64,000 nucleotides of DNA, from contig NW_024704742.1 in assembly GCF_018977255.1 (NCBI RefSeq), forward strand, positions 115,260,001 through 115,324,000, in the 5' to 3' direction. The stretch is from Callorhinchus milii (taxonomy: Eukaryota). The notes under the pieces were generated by a model that was given only the letters and a program-made list of their open reading frames with translations, was not told where the DNA came from and searched no databases. Below, in pieces: positions 37,413 to 50,375 of this stretch. The position numbers and the translations under genes are program-made. Each line of letters opens with the position of its first letter. The stretch's first letter is position 1.

Positions 37413-37520
37413 TGCGATGCTGGGGAACAGTGTGCAGTGAGGAAAGGAGCCAGAATTGGGAAACTCTGCGACTGCCCCAGAGGAACCTTCTGCAACTCAT
37501 TCCTTTTGAAATGTTTGTAG
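37413..37520 (+). CDS. CARTPT: CART prepropeptide exon 3 (six-cysteine domain)
   Basis: aacacag|TGC...[38 protein letters not shown], the CART signature. Confidence 0.98.
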   Translation, partial: CDAGEQCAVRKGARIGKLCDCPRGTFCNSFLLKCL

Positions 37521-37893
37521 AGAACAAAGATCACACACATAGGCACTCATAATAAAAACATTGCTTCAAGAACATCCGACTGCTTGAAATTAATCTCAAA
37601 CCAAACATATTCTACTTACCAAAAAAAAGGATGGTGTAAAAAAAAAGGTTATTTCTACTGCAATGTAGATCTAGTGTGGGAAATATGAAATAAGTAGGAG
37701 ATGATGTTTTCAGCATAACAATGTTGTGTACAGTTGCATTTTTGTTTCTTATTGGTGACAAGTGTTTCTGCCTGTATTAGTTAATGAGTTTGAGTTTACT
37801 CACAATATTCTAAGTGTTTAACTTCCTTGTCACAGAGGTGTGACCTGTATTTATAAAACTGTATTTTTGTATTTAGAATGCATTAAACCTACT

Positions 37894-37899
37894 AATAAA
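37894..37899 (+). terminator. Candidate CARTPT polyadenylation signal (proximal alternative at 37551-37556)
   Basis: AATAAA preceded by TGTA/U-rich elements and ATTAAA, followed by U/GU-rich sequence. Confidence 0.6.
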
Positions 37900-38171
37900 A
37901 TCAGTTATAGGCATCCCTTGCCTGTCAGAAGCTTGTTCATTTTGTATTGCCCACAAAGTATACAGTCAATTCACTTTATAGTATATTCTCTGAAGCGCTT
38001 TGAGACGTCTTGAAGACGTGATAAGGCGCTATATCAAATGCTAGTTTTTTTAATTTCAATCTCTTTAATGTAAAACTGCCCATAAAACAGACTAGTTAGA
38101 ATAACAGCTTTTCAAATCTTTATATTTAATAAAAATAGGCATTTAAACAATATAAAAATAATGACGACGAC

Positions 38172-40780
38172 AACAATAATAATCCTTTATTTGTTCTTGT
38201 TGGGAGGTCAAATCAAAGTGCCTCACAGAATTTTACTGTGAAGTGGAGTGACTGTGTGTTTGTAGGTGAATGGGGCAACCCTTTTAAACACAGCAATGTA
38301 CCACACACAGCCATGAAGTGAAGGACTAATTTTTGTTTGGGGAATTGTAGGTCAGGACACCAGGAGAAACTCTTTTCTTGTTTCAAGTAGTGTTATGGGA
38401 TCTTTAGCAGATGGGTTCTCGGATTAATGTCTCATTCGAAGGATGGCATCTCTGATGGTTCAATCCCCTCCCTCCACCACCCCAGAGCACTGCATTGAAG
38501 TGTCAACTTGGACCGTGTGAGTTCTAATCCCTATGTGGGCTTGAACCACATAGTTAGAGTCAGAGTTAGAGTGATATGTGTAAATGAGCTAGGGTAACAC
38601 CTAAGATGAACAAACTTAGACATTTGCAACATGATCAGACTTTGTATTGAATAAATAGCCTCCAAAATATTAAAAATACAAATTTCTACAGCAACATTTT
38701 GCCTAGAGCATTTTGAAATACCAAATTGACAAAAATGTACATATTAAAATGTAGTTATATATTTATTAATAAGGAACAACCAAAACAGCAACATAGATAG
38801 AAGGTATAAAAACAATACATACATGGTACTTCACTTAACAAAACGTATGGATTCATGTATACTTCAATCTTACTCAGTATTCATTAGATAAAAATATATT
38901 TCTTTTAACAAAAACCTTCCAGTTGTATCACTCCAATCTGAATCAGCTTTAAAGCTGCAGTCAGTAAATCTTACACAATAAATACGTAGAAGCTAAAGAG
39001 ATTCATTTGAAAGAGCTATCTTCTTGTGTTTCTTTGTGAGTATGTTACATTTCTGATAGTGGTTGGAGATCAAGTAACATATATTTACTTGCTATCAGTT
39101 TCGAGCTGTGATGTGCACCTTTCTGCTGGCTCTATGTTTATAATAATAATCATGATCCTTGCCTTTCACATCAAAAGGATACCTCAAAGAATTTCACAGG
39201 ATTCATGTTGGGAGTAAACACAATAGCCAATCTGAGCCATAAAATATAGCCATGAAATGAATGACCGATTTTACTTAGGAGATTGTTGGTCAGGACACTA
39301 GGAGAAATTTTATTTTCAAATAATGCCATGGTACTGATAACGTCCACCTGAACAGGCAGATGGGACCTTGGTTTAATACTTCTTCCAAAGCATGGCACCT
39401 CCAACAATACAGCACATCCCCAGCACTGGAATGTCACTCTACAGTTCAAAGTCCTGACATGGGGCTGTGAAGAACGGAAGTCACTGGTGTAAAATTGCAA
39501 AATGACCCGGCTACAAAGAGCTAAATAGTGTCTGAACAATTTTCCTAGGAATAATCCTAATCTCAATGAATGAATGAATGAAATTAAATCCTCATTTCAT
39601 CATACCTTACTCAAAAATATTCTTTAGCAAGGCTTCAAAACAGTTAAACTGGTTCACTCAGTTATCCCTTCCTTTTACAATTTGCCTGAAAGGGTGGTCG
39701 AGGCCGATTCGATAACTACTTTTAAAAACGCGGTGGACGGGTATTTGAGGAGGACGGGTTTGCAGGGTTATGGGGAAAGGGCTGGGGAGTGGGATTTACA
39801 TTAATTGCTCTATTCAAAGAGCCGGCACAAACTTGATGGGCCGAATGGCCTCTTTTTGTTCTGTACGATTCTATGATTCTAGGTTTTAAACCCTAAGCTT
39901 CATATCCTCCGAGTAGAACAACTACTGATGTATCTTGTCTTTTCTCTCATTCCTTGGAAACTCCATGCTATTAGTAATTATAATAATATAATCATAATAC
40001 CTCCATTTGATATAGTTCCTTTCATGTCAGTAAGATGTTTCAAAGCACTTACAGGATTTACTGTAAAGTGTAGTGACTTTGTTTTACGGGCTACCACAGC
40101 AACCAATTTGCACACAGCACTAACAATGCAATACTAAATTACATTTGTATAGTGCCTTTCACATTGGGAGAATGTCCCAAGGTACTGGACATTCAGGGGG
40201 TGAGAAGGGGTGCGAGGTTGAGATAAGGAAGGGTGTAAGGCAGGGAGGGTAGGAGGGTGGCCGAAGGCACGGTCGAAGAAGAAGGTATTGAGACATGCAT
40301 TGAAGGAGGCAAGGGAGGGAACGAGGTGAAGGGAATGTGGGATGGAGTTTCAAAGGGGGAAAGGTTGAAGGCCTGACTGCCAATGGTGGGGCAGGCTGAG
40401 CGGGGAACGTGGAGCAGGCCAGAAACTGCTGAGTGAAGGGAGCGGACAGGTTGTTAAGGAGTTAACAGATCACAGAGGTTTTAAGTGAATAACCAATTTT
40501 ATCTGGGAATTTGTTGGTATAGTAACACAAGAAGAAACTCTCTTCTCTTATTGAATAGTGCAGTGGGATCTTTAACATTCACCTGAACAGGCAGAGTTGG
40601 AGCCTTGGTTTAATATCTCATCTGATGGATGGGAATTCCACAATGTGGCGCTCCCCAGCACTGCACCGAGTATCAGCCCGGACTATGTGACTTTGAACTA
40701 TGTGACAGTGTGGGCTTGAACGCACAATCTTCTGATTCAGAGGCAAGAGTGCAACCAACTGAGCCAGGCTGACACTGCTG
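38172..40780 (-). mobile_element. Cluster of DeuSINE-like SINEs (38172-38570, 39138-39490, 39975-40778) with a CR1 tail (+, 39680-39880) and a nested L2 (40135-40478)
   Basis: Repeated Deu-like cores and tails; L2 splits the third SINE. Confidence 0.7.
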
Positions 40781-41243
40781 TGCGTTGCCCCTTCACCCTT
40801 CACCTATGCTCTTCAATAATAGAGCATTCATGAGAAAAATGTAATTAGGAGAAAACATTTAGACATTGCTGTTATAAATCACCTCTTTCTGGTGAAGTTC
40901 ATATGAGGATCTGCTCACAGAGAACGCCAATATATTATGAGATGTCAAGAAACTATTACCTTTCATCAATTGATGGAAAAGGAGCATTATTAGTCATTGT
41001 TTGAACCTAGGCAATAATAGGTGAAAGCTGTAAAGTACCAGAAAATGAGGTACTGACTTAAATGTTAGTTGAAAGTGCGACTGAATAATTATGATGACCA
41101 CAGGATAGCAGGCAGATTCAAAACATATACAAATTGTCAGATACACAGATCAATACGCCAAGTATAAATTTACAAATATTTTATAGTCGGAATGCATTAT
41201 TGTGCTTCACAGGATTTTTGGTATAGTAACTGTGCATTTGTGC

Positions 41244-41559
41244 ATAATAATAATAATAATCCTTGCATTTGATATAGGGCTTTTAACGTCTTCTAGGCAT
41301 CTCAAAGCACTTCACAGAATAGACTGTAAAGTGAATTGACTGTATATTTGTGGGTGTAATGGGGCAGCCAATTGCACAGAGCAGTGTCCCACAAACAGTC
41401 ATGGATAGAAATAACCAATTTATTATTGTTTTTTTTTGAGGGATTAATATCAGGCGTGTGGAGTAAGGAAACTTGCCCAAGGTTTCACCCTGCCGGGAAT
41501 CGAACCCAGGTCTCTCGCTTGCAAAGCGAGTGCTCCAACCACTGAGCTGCAGGACTCCA
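41244..41559 (-). mobile_element. tRNA-Ala-derived SINE, full-length
   Basis: Reverse complement of the 29311-29608 family. Confidence 0.88.
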
Positions 41560-41799
41560 GATAATCATGGAAACCGGTTTGTGCACAGTAATAATAATAA
41601 TCTTTGCATTTGATATAGCACCTTCACACATTGTTGAGTCATGTCAAAGCTCTTCACAGAATATACTGTAAATTGAATTGATTGTAGGTGAAACATGGCA
41701 GCCAACTGCGCACAGCACTGTCCCACAAACAGTCGTAGATTGTGTGACCAAATTATTATAATTTTTTTTGAAAGGTTTATTACACCCAGAAAGCAATCC

Positions 41800-42240
41800 C
41801 CCAATCGATTCAAGAATTCAAGATCCTCATCCTCACCTACAAGGCCATTCACGGCCTTGCTCCCTCCTACCTCTCCGACTTACTATCCCCCTACTTACCC
41901 GCCCGTACCCTCCGTTCCTCTGGCTCCGGTCTGCTCCACATTCCCCGCCTCGACCGCCCTACCATCGGTGGCCGGGCCTTCAGCCTCCCAGCCCCTAGGC
42001 TCTGGAACTCCATCCCCCAGTGCCTTTGCCTTGCTTCCTCCCTTTCCTCCTTCAAGGCCGGTCTCAAGACCTTTCTCTTTGACCGTGCCTTCAGCTCCCC
42101 TCTTGACTCTCTACCCCCTCCTCACTCCCTCCCTTCCTTCCCCCCTGCTCGGGTCCCGACCCAATTGTCCAGCGCCTTGGGACGTCCTCCCGACGTGAAC
42201 GGCGCCCTATAAATGAAATCTTGGTGTTGTTGTTGTTGTT
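41800..42240 (+). mobile_element. L2-clade LINE 3' end, young
   Basis: Near-identical to rc of 1572-2010 and to 63525-63963. Confidence 0.9.
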
Positions 42241-42524
42241 GATCCTACTTACTGCTTGGTAAACAGAGGCCTGTGGAGTAAGGAAACTTGTCCAATATTT
42301 TGCCTTGCTGGGAATCAAACCCAGGGCTCTCACTTGCGAGGCTAACCACTGAGCTGCAGGACTCCACATAGCCTTCTGAGTCAGGGGCAACTGAGCCAGG
42401 CTGACCCCTAAATAAGTTAGACGGACGTGTTACAATTTATAGTCACTTAAATACATTTAAAGTTTTCTAAAAACACAATAGCTTCATAGGGTAACTATGT
42501 CAATGAATGTTATAGATCTCTTGT

Positions 42525-45500
42525 TATTCACTCGAGCCGAGAGCCCAGAGTGAGCTACGTCCGGAGTGAGGCGAGGCCAGAGTGTGAGGGAATTTGGTGA
42601 GAGTGGGAATTAGGTGCAGGGGGGGAAGTGGGGGCAGGCTATATAAATTTGTATCTATATAAAGTTTGTGAAGATGATGTGGCAGGTAAACTGCGAGGTC
42701 TGTCACATATGGGAGTCAATGGAGGGCACCTTAAGTCCGGGCGACTTCTTCTGCCGCAATTGTCTGGAAATCAGAGAGCTCCAGCTGAGAGTAGCTGAGC
42801 TGGAGTCTCAGGTGGAGACACTGCGCAGCATTAGGGATGGAGAAAACTTCCTGGACAGCTTTATCCTGGAGCCGGACACTCCCCTGAGTCCAAGGAAGAA
42901 GAATGTAGCAGCGACGGACATGACTGGGTGACAGTCAGGCGGGCAGGCAAGCGTTCCAGAAAGAGAGGGGCTGAAGAATCCCAGACTTTAGCCTTGTCTG
43001 ACAGGTATGAAATATTGGCAACTTTTCCAAGGGAATGGGCTCCACCTAAATAGGGCTGGGACAAATATCCTGGCTACGCGAATAAATAGGGAGGTAGAAA
43101 GGACTTTAAACTACTAAGGGGGGGGGGGGGGGGGTAAAAACATAGTAAAGTATAGTCCACCACAGTTAAACTTGAGATCAACAAAAGCAAGAGAGCAGAT
43201 TAACAAGGGAGAAACGCAAAGTGTGTCAAGCAGGGAAAGGAAGTACAGTGATAGAGTGCTGGTGAATAGGGTTAATAGCCGGAAGTCAGAATTAAGGGCG
43301 CTATATCTGAATGCACAAAGCATTCGTAACAAGATAGATGAATTAGTTGCACAAATAGAGACAAACCGGTATGATCTAGTAGCCATCACCGAGACATGGT
43401 TACAGGGTGATCAGGGATGGGAACTGAATATTCCCGGCTACGTGGTATATAGGAAAGATAGGCGATGTGGTAAACGAGGAGGGGGAGTGGCCCTGCTAAT
43501 AAAGGATGGGATAAAAACAGTAGAGAGGAAAGATTTTAAATCTGAAAAGCAAGATGTAGAGTCAGTATGGGTAGAGATACGTAACTTCAAGGGGCAGAAA
43601 ACTATAGTGGGAGTAGTTTATAGACACCCAAACAGTGGTCAAAGTATCGCTCAAGGTATAAATCAAGAGATTAGTGGAGCATGTAGCAAAGGAAAGACAC
43701 TAATTGTGGGTGATTTTAACCTGCACATAGACTGGGACAACCAAATTGGGAAAGGTAACATAGAAGAGGAGTTTATAGAATGTATTAGAGATAATTTTCT
43801 AGATCAATATGCTGAGGAGCCGACCAGGGAACAAGCCATATTAGACCTTGTTTTGTGTAATGAAACAGGGCTGATCAGCAAACTGGAACTTAAGGCTCCT
43901 CTAGGGCAAAGCGATCATAATATGATGGAATTTAGCGTTAAGTTAGAGAGGGAAGTAGTTAAGTCTGAAGCAAAAGTCTTCAATTTAAATCGAGCCAACT
44001 TTGCTGGTATGAGAGAGGATTTAGCCAGAATAAACTGGGAGACTAAACTTAAAGATTTGACGGTAGACCAGCAATGGCAGACATTCAAGGAGATAGTGCA
44101 AAATTCCCAACGAGCACATATTCCTTTGAGGAATAAGAATGCCATGGGAAAGGTGGTGCAGCCATGGCTAACTAGAGCAGTTAGGGAAAGTATCAAATCA
44201 AAAGAAAAAGCCTATAAAAAAGCGAAGATGAGTAGTAAACACGAGGATTGGGAGAACTTTAGGGAACAACAGAGGAGGACCAAAAAATTGATCAAGAGGG
44301 AGAAAATAGATTACGAGGGCAAACTAGCAAAGAACATAAAAACAGACTCCAAGAGTTTTTACAAATATATAAAGAGGAAAAGGCTAGCGAGGGTGAATGT
44401 GGGTCCATTACAGGCAGAGACCGGAGGAATTATAATAGGGGACAAAGACATGGCAGAGTCATTAAACAAGTATTTTTCTACAGTCTTCACCGTAGAAGAC
44501 ACTGGAAACATACCAAAAATAGAGGACCAAGAAGACAATGTTAGCGAGCAACTTAGGGAGATTAACATTAGTAAAGAGATGGTTCTAGGTAAATTGTCGG
44601 GTCTTAAAACCGATAAATCCCCTGGACCGGATGGCCTGCATCCGAGAGTTTTAAAGGAGGTGGCTACTGAGATAGTGGATGGCATGTCTATAATCTTCCA
44701 AAAGTCTGTGGATACTGGAAAAGTTCCCATTGATTGGAAGATTGCAAACGTAACTCCACTATTTAAGAAGGGTGGGAGAGAAAATAGGGAAAACTATAGA
44801 CCAGTTAGTTTGACGTCAGTTGTAGGGAAAATTCTTGAGTCCTTAATAAAAGACGTAGTTATGGGATACCTGGAAGACCATAAAAAGATTAGGCAGAGTC
44901 AACATGGCTTTACAAAAGGGAAGTCATGCTTGACTAACCTTTTAGAATTTTTTGAGGATGTATCCAGCAGGTTGGATAAGGGGGAACCAGTAGATGTGGT
45001 ATATTTGGATTTTAGGAAGGCATTTGACAAGGTGCCACACAAAAGGCTGTTACTCAAGATCAAGGCCCACGGGATTAATGGGAAAATATTAACATGGATA
45101 GAAGAGTGGCTATCGGGTAGAAAGCAGAAAGTAGTGATAAACGGATCATTCTCGAATTGGCAGGATGTAACTAGTGGAGTGCCACAAGGATCAGTGCTTG
45201 GGCCTCAGCTATTTACCATTTACATCAATGATCTGGACGAGGACATTGAATGTAATGTGTCTAAATTCGCGGATGATACAAAACTAGGTAGAAGAGTGAG
45301 CTTTCAGGATGATGCAAAAAGATTGCAACAAGATATAGATAGGCTAGGGGAGTGGGCAAGTAGGTGGCAGATGGAATTCAATGTTAGCAAGTGTGAAATT
45401 ATTCACCTTGGTAGCAAGAATAAAAGAACAGATTATTTTCTGGAAGGGGAGACGTTAGAGGGGGTGCAGCGTAGATTCACTCGGTTAGTTCCTGGGATGA

Positions 45501-45970
45501 GGGGACTGACCTATGAGGATAGGCTGAATAAACTAGGGCTGTATTCTCTAGAGTACAGAAGAATTAGGGGTGATCTTATTGAAACTTATAAGATTCTTAA
45601 AGGGCTGGATAATGTAGACACTGAGGATCTGTTTCCCCTGGTAGGAGAATCTATAACCAGGGGTCACAGTCTTAAAATTAAGGGTCAGCCTCTTAGAACA
45701 GAGTTGAGGAAACATTTCTTCACTCAGAGGGTAGTGAACTTATGGAATTCACTACCCAGAAGGCTGTAGATGCTCAGTCCTTGAACATTTTCAAGGCTGA
45801 GACTGATAGATTCTTGAAAAATAGAGGGATTAGGGGATATGGGGATAGGGCAGGTAATCAGAGTTAGGTGAGAAGATCAGCCATGATCTTATTGAATGGC
45901 GGAGCATTCGAAGGGCCGAATGGCCTATTCCTGCTCCTAATTCTTATGTTCTTATGTTCTTATGTTCTTA
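42525..45970 (+). mobile_element. CR1 LINE with both ends present and two internal deletions
   Basis: 5' UTR, ORF1 remnant (CxxC...CxxC, leucine zipper, GLHLN), ORF2, (TTCTTATG)n tail at 45941-45970. Confidence 0.95.
43172..45769 (+). CDS. CR1 ORF2: APE endonuclease plus reverse transcriptase, open frame with in-frame C-terminal deletion
   Basis: ITETW, GDFN and SDH endonuclease motifs; [12 protein letters not shown] and FADD RT motifs; no stop over 865 codons; start codon uncertain. Confidence 0.85.
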   Translation: MRSTKAREQINKGETQSVSSRERKYSDRVLVNRVNSRKSELRALYLNAQSIRNKIDELVAQIETNRYDLVAITETWLQGDQGWELNIPGYVVYRKDRRCGKRGGGVALLIKDGIKTVERKDFKSEKQDVESVWVEIRNFKGQKTIVGVVYRHPNSGQSIAQGINQEISGACSKGKTLIVGDFNLHIDWDNQIGKGNIEEEFIECIRDNFLDQYAEEPTREQAILDLVLCNETGLISKLELKAPLGQSDHNMMEFSVKLEREVVKSEAKVFNLNRANFAGMREDLARINWETKLKDLTVDQQWQTFKEIVQNSQRAHIPLRNKNAMGKVVQPWLTRAVRESIKSKEKAYKKAKMSSKHEDWENFREQQRRTKKLIKREKIDYEGKLAKNIKTDSKSFYKYIKRKRLARVNVGPLQAETGGIIIGDKDMAESLNKYFSTVFTVEDTGNIPKIEDQEDNVSEQLREINISKEMVLGKLSGLKTDKSPGPDGLHPRVLKEVATEIVDGMSIIFQKSVDTGKVPIDWKIANVTPLFKKGGRENRENYRPVSLTSVVGKILESLIKDVVMGYLEDHKKIRQSQHGFTKGKSCLTNLLEFFEDVSSRLDKGEPVDVVYLDFRKAFDKVPHKRLLLKIKAHGINGKILTWIEEWLSGRKQKVVINGSFSNWQDVTSGVPQGSVLGPQLFTIYINDLDEDIECNVSKFADDTKLGRRVSFQDDAKRLQQDIDRLGEWASRWQMEFNVSKCEIIHLGSKNKRTDYFLEGETLEGVQRRFTRLVPGMRGLTYEDRLNKLGLYSLEYRRIRGDLIETYKILKGLDNVDTEDLFPLVGESITRGHSLKIKGQPLRTELRKHFFTQRVVNLWNSLPRRL

Positions 45971-47263
45971 ACATTCAGCCAAAAATGCCTGAAACCAGAC
46001 TTACGTATTCTGAGGATTTATTACTTTGCATAGTTTTACTCCCCTGTTTCCTGCACAATAAAACAATACACAAAACAAGTCAGGGGAACAGTAAAGAAGA
46101 AAAACAGCTGAAGAATAGGAAGAAATCTTCTCTTGTGGGTGCTAAACTTCGAAAGAGAACACATTTAGAATTTTTCTCATATTAAGGCAAGTCTGGAATT
46201 CACAAAAGCAGAAATGACAATCAACAGAATATTCTCCTATGAACTAATTGTATTTTTATAACACAATCCATTTTATATAGCATATCTTCCAGGATCTAAC
46301 TAATCTTTTACATTAAAAACATTCTTGTAGACTTCTGATGTGCTCCCAGATGTTAGCTTAGGTGAAAGGTGTTATACAATTACAAATTGTTGTTATTGTT
46401 GCTCCCAGTTTCTTTCCAGAGATGGTAGTATTCTGAGATGACAGTGCCTTTTTCCAATCAAATTAAAAATGGAGCAAATAAATAGAAGTAAATTACATAG
46501 CAGATGTACTTCAAGTAATAAAGGCTGGGAAAACTAAAATTCCCTGATTAATCTTTCAAAAAAAAGTCAAAAGGCTGATTTGAAATGTGGAATGATTGAA
46601 GTTGGGCGATCTTGACTCATGACCTGCCACATCATATTGAACCACTGTGCAACCAGAACTCACAAACTGTAGCCAGCCATTTGATTTTCTCCCAAAAGCT
46701 ACCACTAACTAAAGAATCTGAAATGTGGCCCCATATGTTAAAAACACTGTTTGTTGAACAGATGGTTCATTATATTTCAAACCCATCCTGATCTGGGCAA
46801 GGTTGTTCTAAAGTCTCCATTGTATGTTAGCAACCTGTTTGGTCACACCTTGATGATTGGTTTAAACAAGTTTTATGCAGACTGATGACTGACTGTTTCC
46901 TTCCCTCATGGAGTATGCAGATCACACCTATTCACAGTGTAGGCGCTGAAGCATTGCAATCTACAGGATGATTGCTTTTGAATGAACAGATTGGCTGTAG
47001 TGAAAGAGCCTTTTATTAACCTTTTTTTGCAATAAAGTCAGCACAAAATCCCTGATATTTGTCTTACAAGCATCTGTTTCATGGAGGAAGGCAAGACTTT
47101 CACAAGAGTTCTCTCTATCACCTTTCTCTCTTTTCTCTGCTTTCAAAACCTATCTAAAGATTTTTTTCTGACTGAACCTTTGGCAACCTTCCCCCTCCCC
47201 ATCTTCCAGCTTGGACTCCTGTTCTGCCTTTGAAAAGCGCTGAGAGATTTTCTCCCTATGTAT

Positions 47264-47571
47264 TAATAATAATAATAATCCTTGCATTTGATATAGCGCT
47301 CTTCACGTCTTCTAGACGTCTCACAGCGCTTCACAGAATATACTGTAAAGTGAATTGACTGTATATTTTGTGGGTGAAACGTGGCAGCCAATTGCGCTCA
47401 GCAGTGTCCCACAAACCGTCGTAGATTGAGTGACCAAATTATTATTATTTTTTTCTTGAGGAATTATTATCAGGCGTGTAGACTAAGGAAACTTGCCCAA
47501 GGTTTCACTCTGCCAGGAATCGAACCCAGGTCTCTTGCTTGCGTGCTCTAACCACTGAGCTACAGGACTCC
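47264..47571 (-). mobile_element. tRNA-Ala-derived SINE, full-length
   Basis: Same family as 29311-29608. Confidence 0.88.
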
Positions 47572-48334
47572 GCATGTAAAACTTGCTATAAGTGCAATTT
47601 ATTGCTGTTTCTGAAATCTGACATTTCTTTATTTTTACAAGATTTTACCAGGTTTTTACTTGGCCTGGCATACACAATCAGTGGATTTTACAAAGAAAGA
47701 TGACTAAAGACCTGAAGAGCAGAGCCAGCTCTCTGTAAATTTGTTCCACTATATTTAGCATATTTTTATCTTTCATAATGTACTTCTTCTTTGAAGCACA
47801 TTTCCCCCACAATTGATGCTATGTAATCATTTTCAAATCTTGTTCTGTTTAACAGTAAGTAAATTGAATGCGGACAGTTTCGAGCTGCGATTAATTTACT
47901 TTTTCATCGCTGTAATAAATTCTATTCAGAACAATTTAAAAAAGATTACTTCTGCTGCATATTTCTGATCACCATGTGTCAGCCTGATCCAGTTGATAGA
48001 ACTCTTGTCTGTTAATCAGAAAGTTGTAGGTTCAGATCCTATGTTTGGATTTTGAACTCACTATCCAAGCTGAGACATCCCAATCTTGTAAATACAAAAA
48101 AGTTGGATAAATGTGAATAAGATTTACTATTTAGTAATTGCTATCATTTTGTTAAGCAAATGAAGTCACTCGTAATTGAGTTTATCTAGTCACAAAGAGG
48201 AAAACAACAATAACAAATTGCATTTATATAATGCCTTTTCCAACGGGAGGATGTTCCTAGGTACTGGACAGTGAAGGGTTTGCACCCTTCAAAAATAGGA
48301 TAAAGAAAATATTCTGTTTTTAAACATGTATTCA

Positions 48335-48825
48335 CGATTATGGATTATGGTAGAATCTGATAGGGTCACTATTGATAGGTTGTTTTCACTTATCGTTGAG
48401 ACTTATCTGCCAATCGACAAACAACCAGGTTCCTACTTACTGCTAGGTAAACAGAGGTGTGTGGAGTAAGGAAACTTGCCCAACCTTTCACCCTGCCGGG
48501 AATCAAACCCAGGTCTCTCGCTTGCGAGACGAGTGCTCTAACCACTCCATTACAGGACATAAATATAAAATAGCCAGCGGTCGATCTAACAGTGAGTTTA
48601 GGAGGAACTTCTTCATGCAGAGAGTGGTGAGAATGTGAACTTCACTGACGGAAGCTGTGGTTGAAGCAACTACCATCAATGTATTGAAGAGAAAACTTGA
48701 TTCATTCATGAGGGAGAAGGGAACAGATTAGCCATAGGAAAGGGGAATTGGAGGGCGAAATGGGGAAACATGTGGAGTAGACATTAGAATAGATTAGTTT
48801 GGACGTATGACCTGTAACTCTGTGT
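48335..48825 (+). mobile_element. CR1 3' fragment with nested - strand SINE head (~48400-48548)
   Basis: RNFFMQRVVRM-type CR1 C-terminus split by a tRNA-derived head. Confidence 0.7.
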
Positions 48826-49749
48826 AACATGACTTTCAAATAAAATATAGACAAAATTTAAAATATTGGAACCAAGATCCTGAAATACTCAGATGGGCTG
48901 AAATTCCAGTAAGTCTTTCACATAGTGCCTTAATAATGCACAATTATTACTATACTAAATCCCATTTGTGGCCAAGATCACCAAAGCATTATACATAACA
49001 CCAACCAGAAATGTTTAGAGTGTTGAGGAATACTATAGTTTCGACCCCATTAAGTCTTATCACGGTAAGGATTTTGAAAATGTCAGATACCAAAGCAAAT
49101 CTTTTTATCAAGTACATGGTCTGAATTAACACTTGTGGAAGTCTGTAGGGAAGTGACACCAAATTTTAGAAAGCATTGGTTTGAAGATGTTAATTTACTG
49201 GAGTGTTAGTACAATCCGCTTCTGAACACAATAATTCATAACAATCTCATGATTCAATCTTACCGACAAAGTGGAACTTCAAGAATGTTAAGGAATTATT
49301 GTCAATGGTTTTTAAAAATGCGACATAGAGATGGGAAATAGGATTCTACACAAGGAGCATTAGGACACACACAGGTTTATTTTTCACTTGTCTGCAAAAT
49401 TTTCACCTTGCAGCTTGTACATGATGGAAAAAGTCTATTACAATATAATCCCACACTGCCAAGGTTAGTAAATTTACTAACCAAGAGAAAACTCACCCAT
49501 AAAGTTGAAATCACAACTATTTAACTGCAGCACACAACGCACTTACAATGTTTTCTTGCTAAATGCTTATCACCAACAAAAGAAACACACACACTGGCTA
49601 ATGTTTCTCTTGTTCACCAATTGTCTCTGGTTACGGTGCTTGTCCAATCAGTAAAATATTAACGAAATTTTTTGTCCTAAGGAAAGGAACGATTGCGCAC
49701 AAGTGTCTGTCTTCAAAAAAGACCATTGTGTGAAATCAATGCACAGATG

Positions 49750-50375
49750 ATATAAGAAATTCAAATGCTGTTTAAACTCTTTCTGTGGATCTTGCTGGCA
49801 GGACCAGCGTGAATTCTCGTCCTTGTGATGGATCTTTTCTTTAAACCATTGTGGTTCTTGCGATGATGGTTCTACCACACGTTTGTTAGTGAGATCAAGA
49901 ATTTTGACCCAGCAACAATGCATTTATGTTCAAGTCAGATTGCGTGTGAACTCGGATAGTGGAGGTCACAGGAATAGGAGGTGTTGTTGATGCATGGCTG
50001 ATCTATTGAGGTAGTGAGTTCTGTAGAAGGTATGAATTGTAGCCTCAGTGCATCTGTGGGAGAGAGAATGAATGATGAGCCTGGTGGCTTGGGTGTCTGT
50101 CAAGTGATTTTCTCTCCTGTGCAAGATGTTGAGCTTGTTGAGTGTTGTTCAGTTTGTACCCATTCAGATGAGTGGTGAGTATTCCATCACACTTCTGTCT
50201 AGAGCCTTGTATGAAGGACCGGCTTTGAAGAGTTTGGAAATGAGCTACTTGTCACAGAATACCCAACCTCTGCTCTGCTCGTGTATATGATACAGCTGGC
50301 CTGGTTAAACTTCTATCAATGGTGACCTCCCAAGGATGTTGATGAACAGGGTCTTATAATGGCTGTGCCGCTGGA
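49750..50375 (-). mobile_element. Degenerate CR1/L2-group LINE 3' fragment
   Basis: Decayed ILGVTID...QRLGIL RT C-terminal motifs on the minus strand. Confidence 0.55.
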
